A stretch of 64,000 nt of DNA from Octopus vulgaris (Eukaryota): contig OX597838.1 of assembly GCA_951406725.2 (NCBI GenBank), positions 25,482,001 through 25,546,000 of the forward strand. Reading direction: 5' to 3'. Below are positions 63,938 through 64,000 of the stretch, piece by piece; within the stretch, counting starts at the first letter, position 1; each line of letters begins with the position of its first letter. Below the pieces are notes generated by a model that was not told the DNA's origin, did no database searches, and was given only the letters and a program-made list of their open reading frames with translations. Both the position numbers and the translations under genes were made by a program.

Positions 63938-64000
63938 TTTTAAATAATAATTATTATATATATATATATACACACACACACATTTTAAATAATAATTATA

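Overview
This is AT-rich, microsatellite- and SINE-saturated eukaryotic DNA, almost certainly from a coleoid cephalopod (octopus-like). The only host coding sequence I can support is two small plus-strand exons of a syntaxin-1 gene: 46155-46229 (75 nt, xMKEELEELMTDIKRTANKVRGKLK) and 53680-53753 (74 nt, AIEQNIEQEEHSNKSSADLRIRKTQ). Both have canonical AG/GT boundaries, join in frame, and match in length the vertebrate STX1A exons 4 and 5 as I recall them. I found no other syntaxin exon, so the rest of the window appears intronic (upstream intron >46 kb, middle intron 7,450 nt, downstream intron >10 kb). The introns hold several tRNA-derived SINE families and decayed LINE 3' fragments (R4/Dong-like, RTE, CR1, Penelope-like). 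They also hold Tc1/mariner, TTAA/piggyBac-like and hAT MITEs, a Helentron/DINE-like element and minisatellites. Nearly all supplied ORFs are simple-repeat artefacts. The most interesting leads are: a strong unexplained 3' splice site after the second exon (truncating exon VSRKFFWFLLSLS* or a recursive AG|GT site), several long fold-back hairpins around the exons (ADAR/small-RNA candidates), a CpG-rich CArG/EGR/NF-Y motif island, and a degenerate hammerhead-ribozyme core. Repeat boundaries were estimated by eye and family labels A-H are my own.
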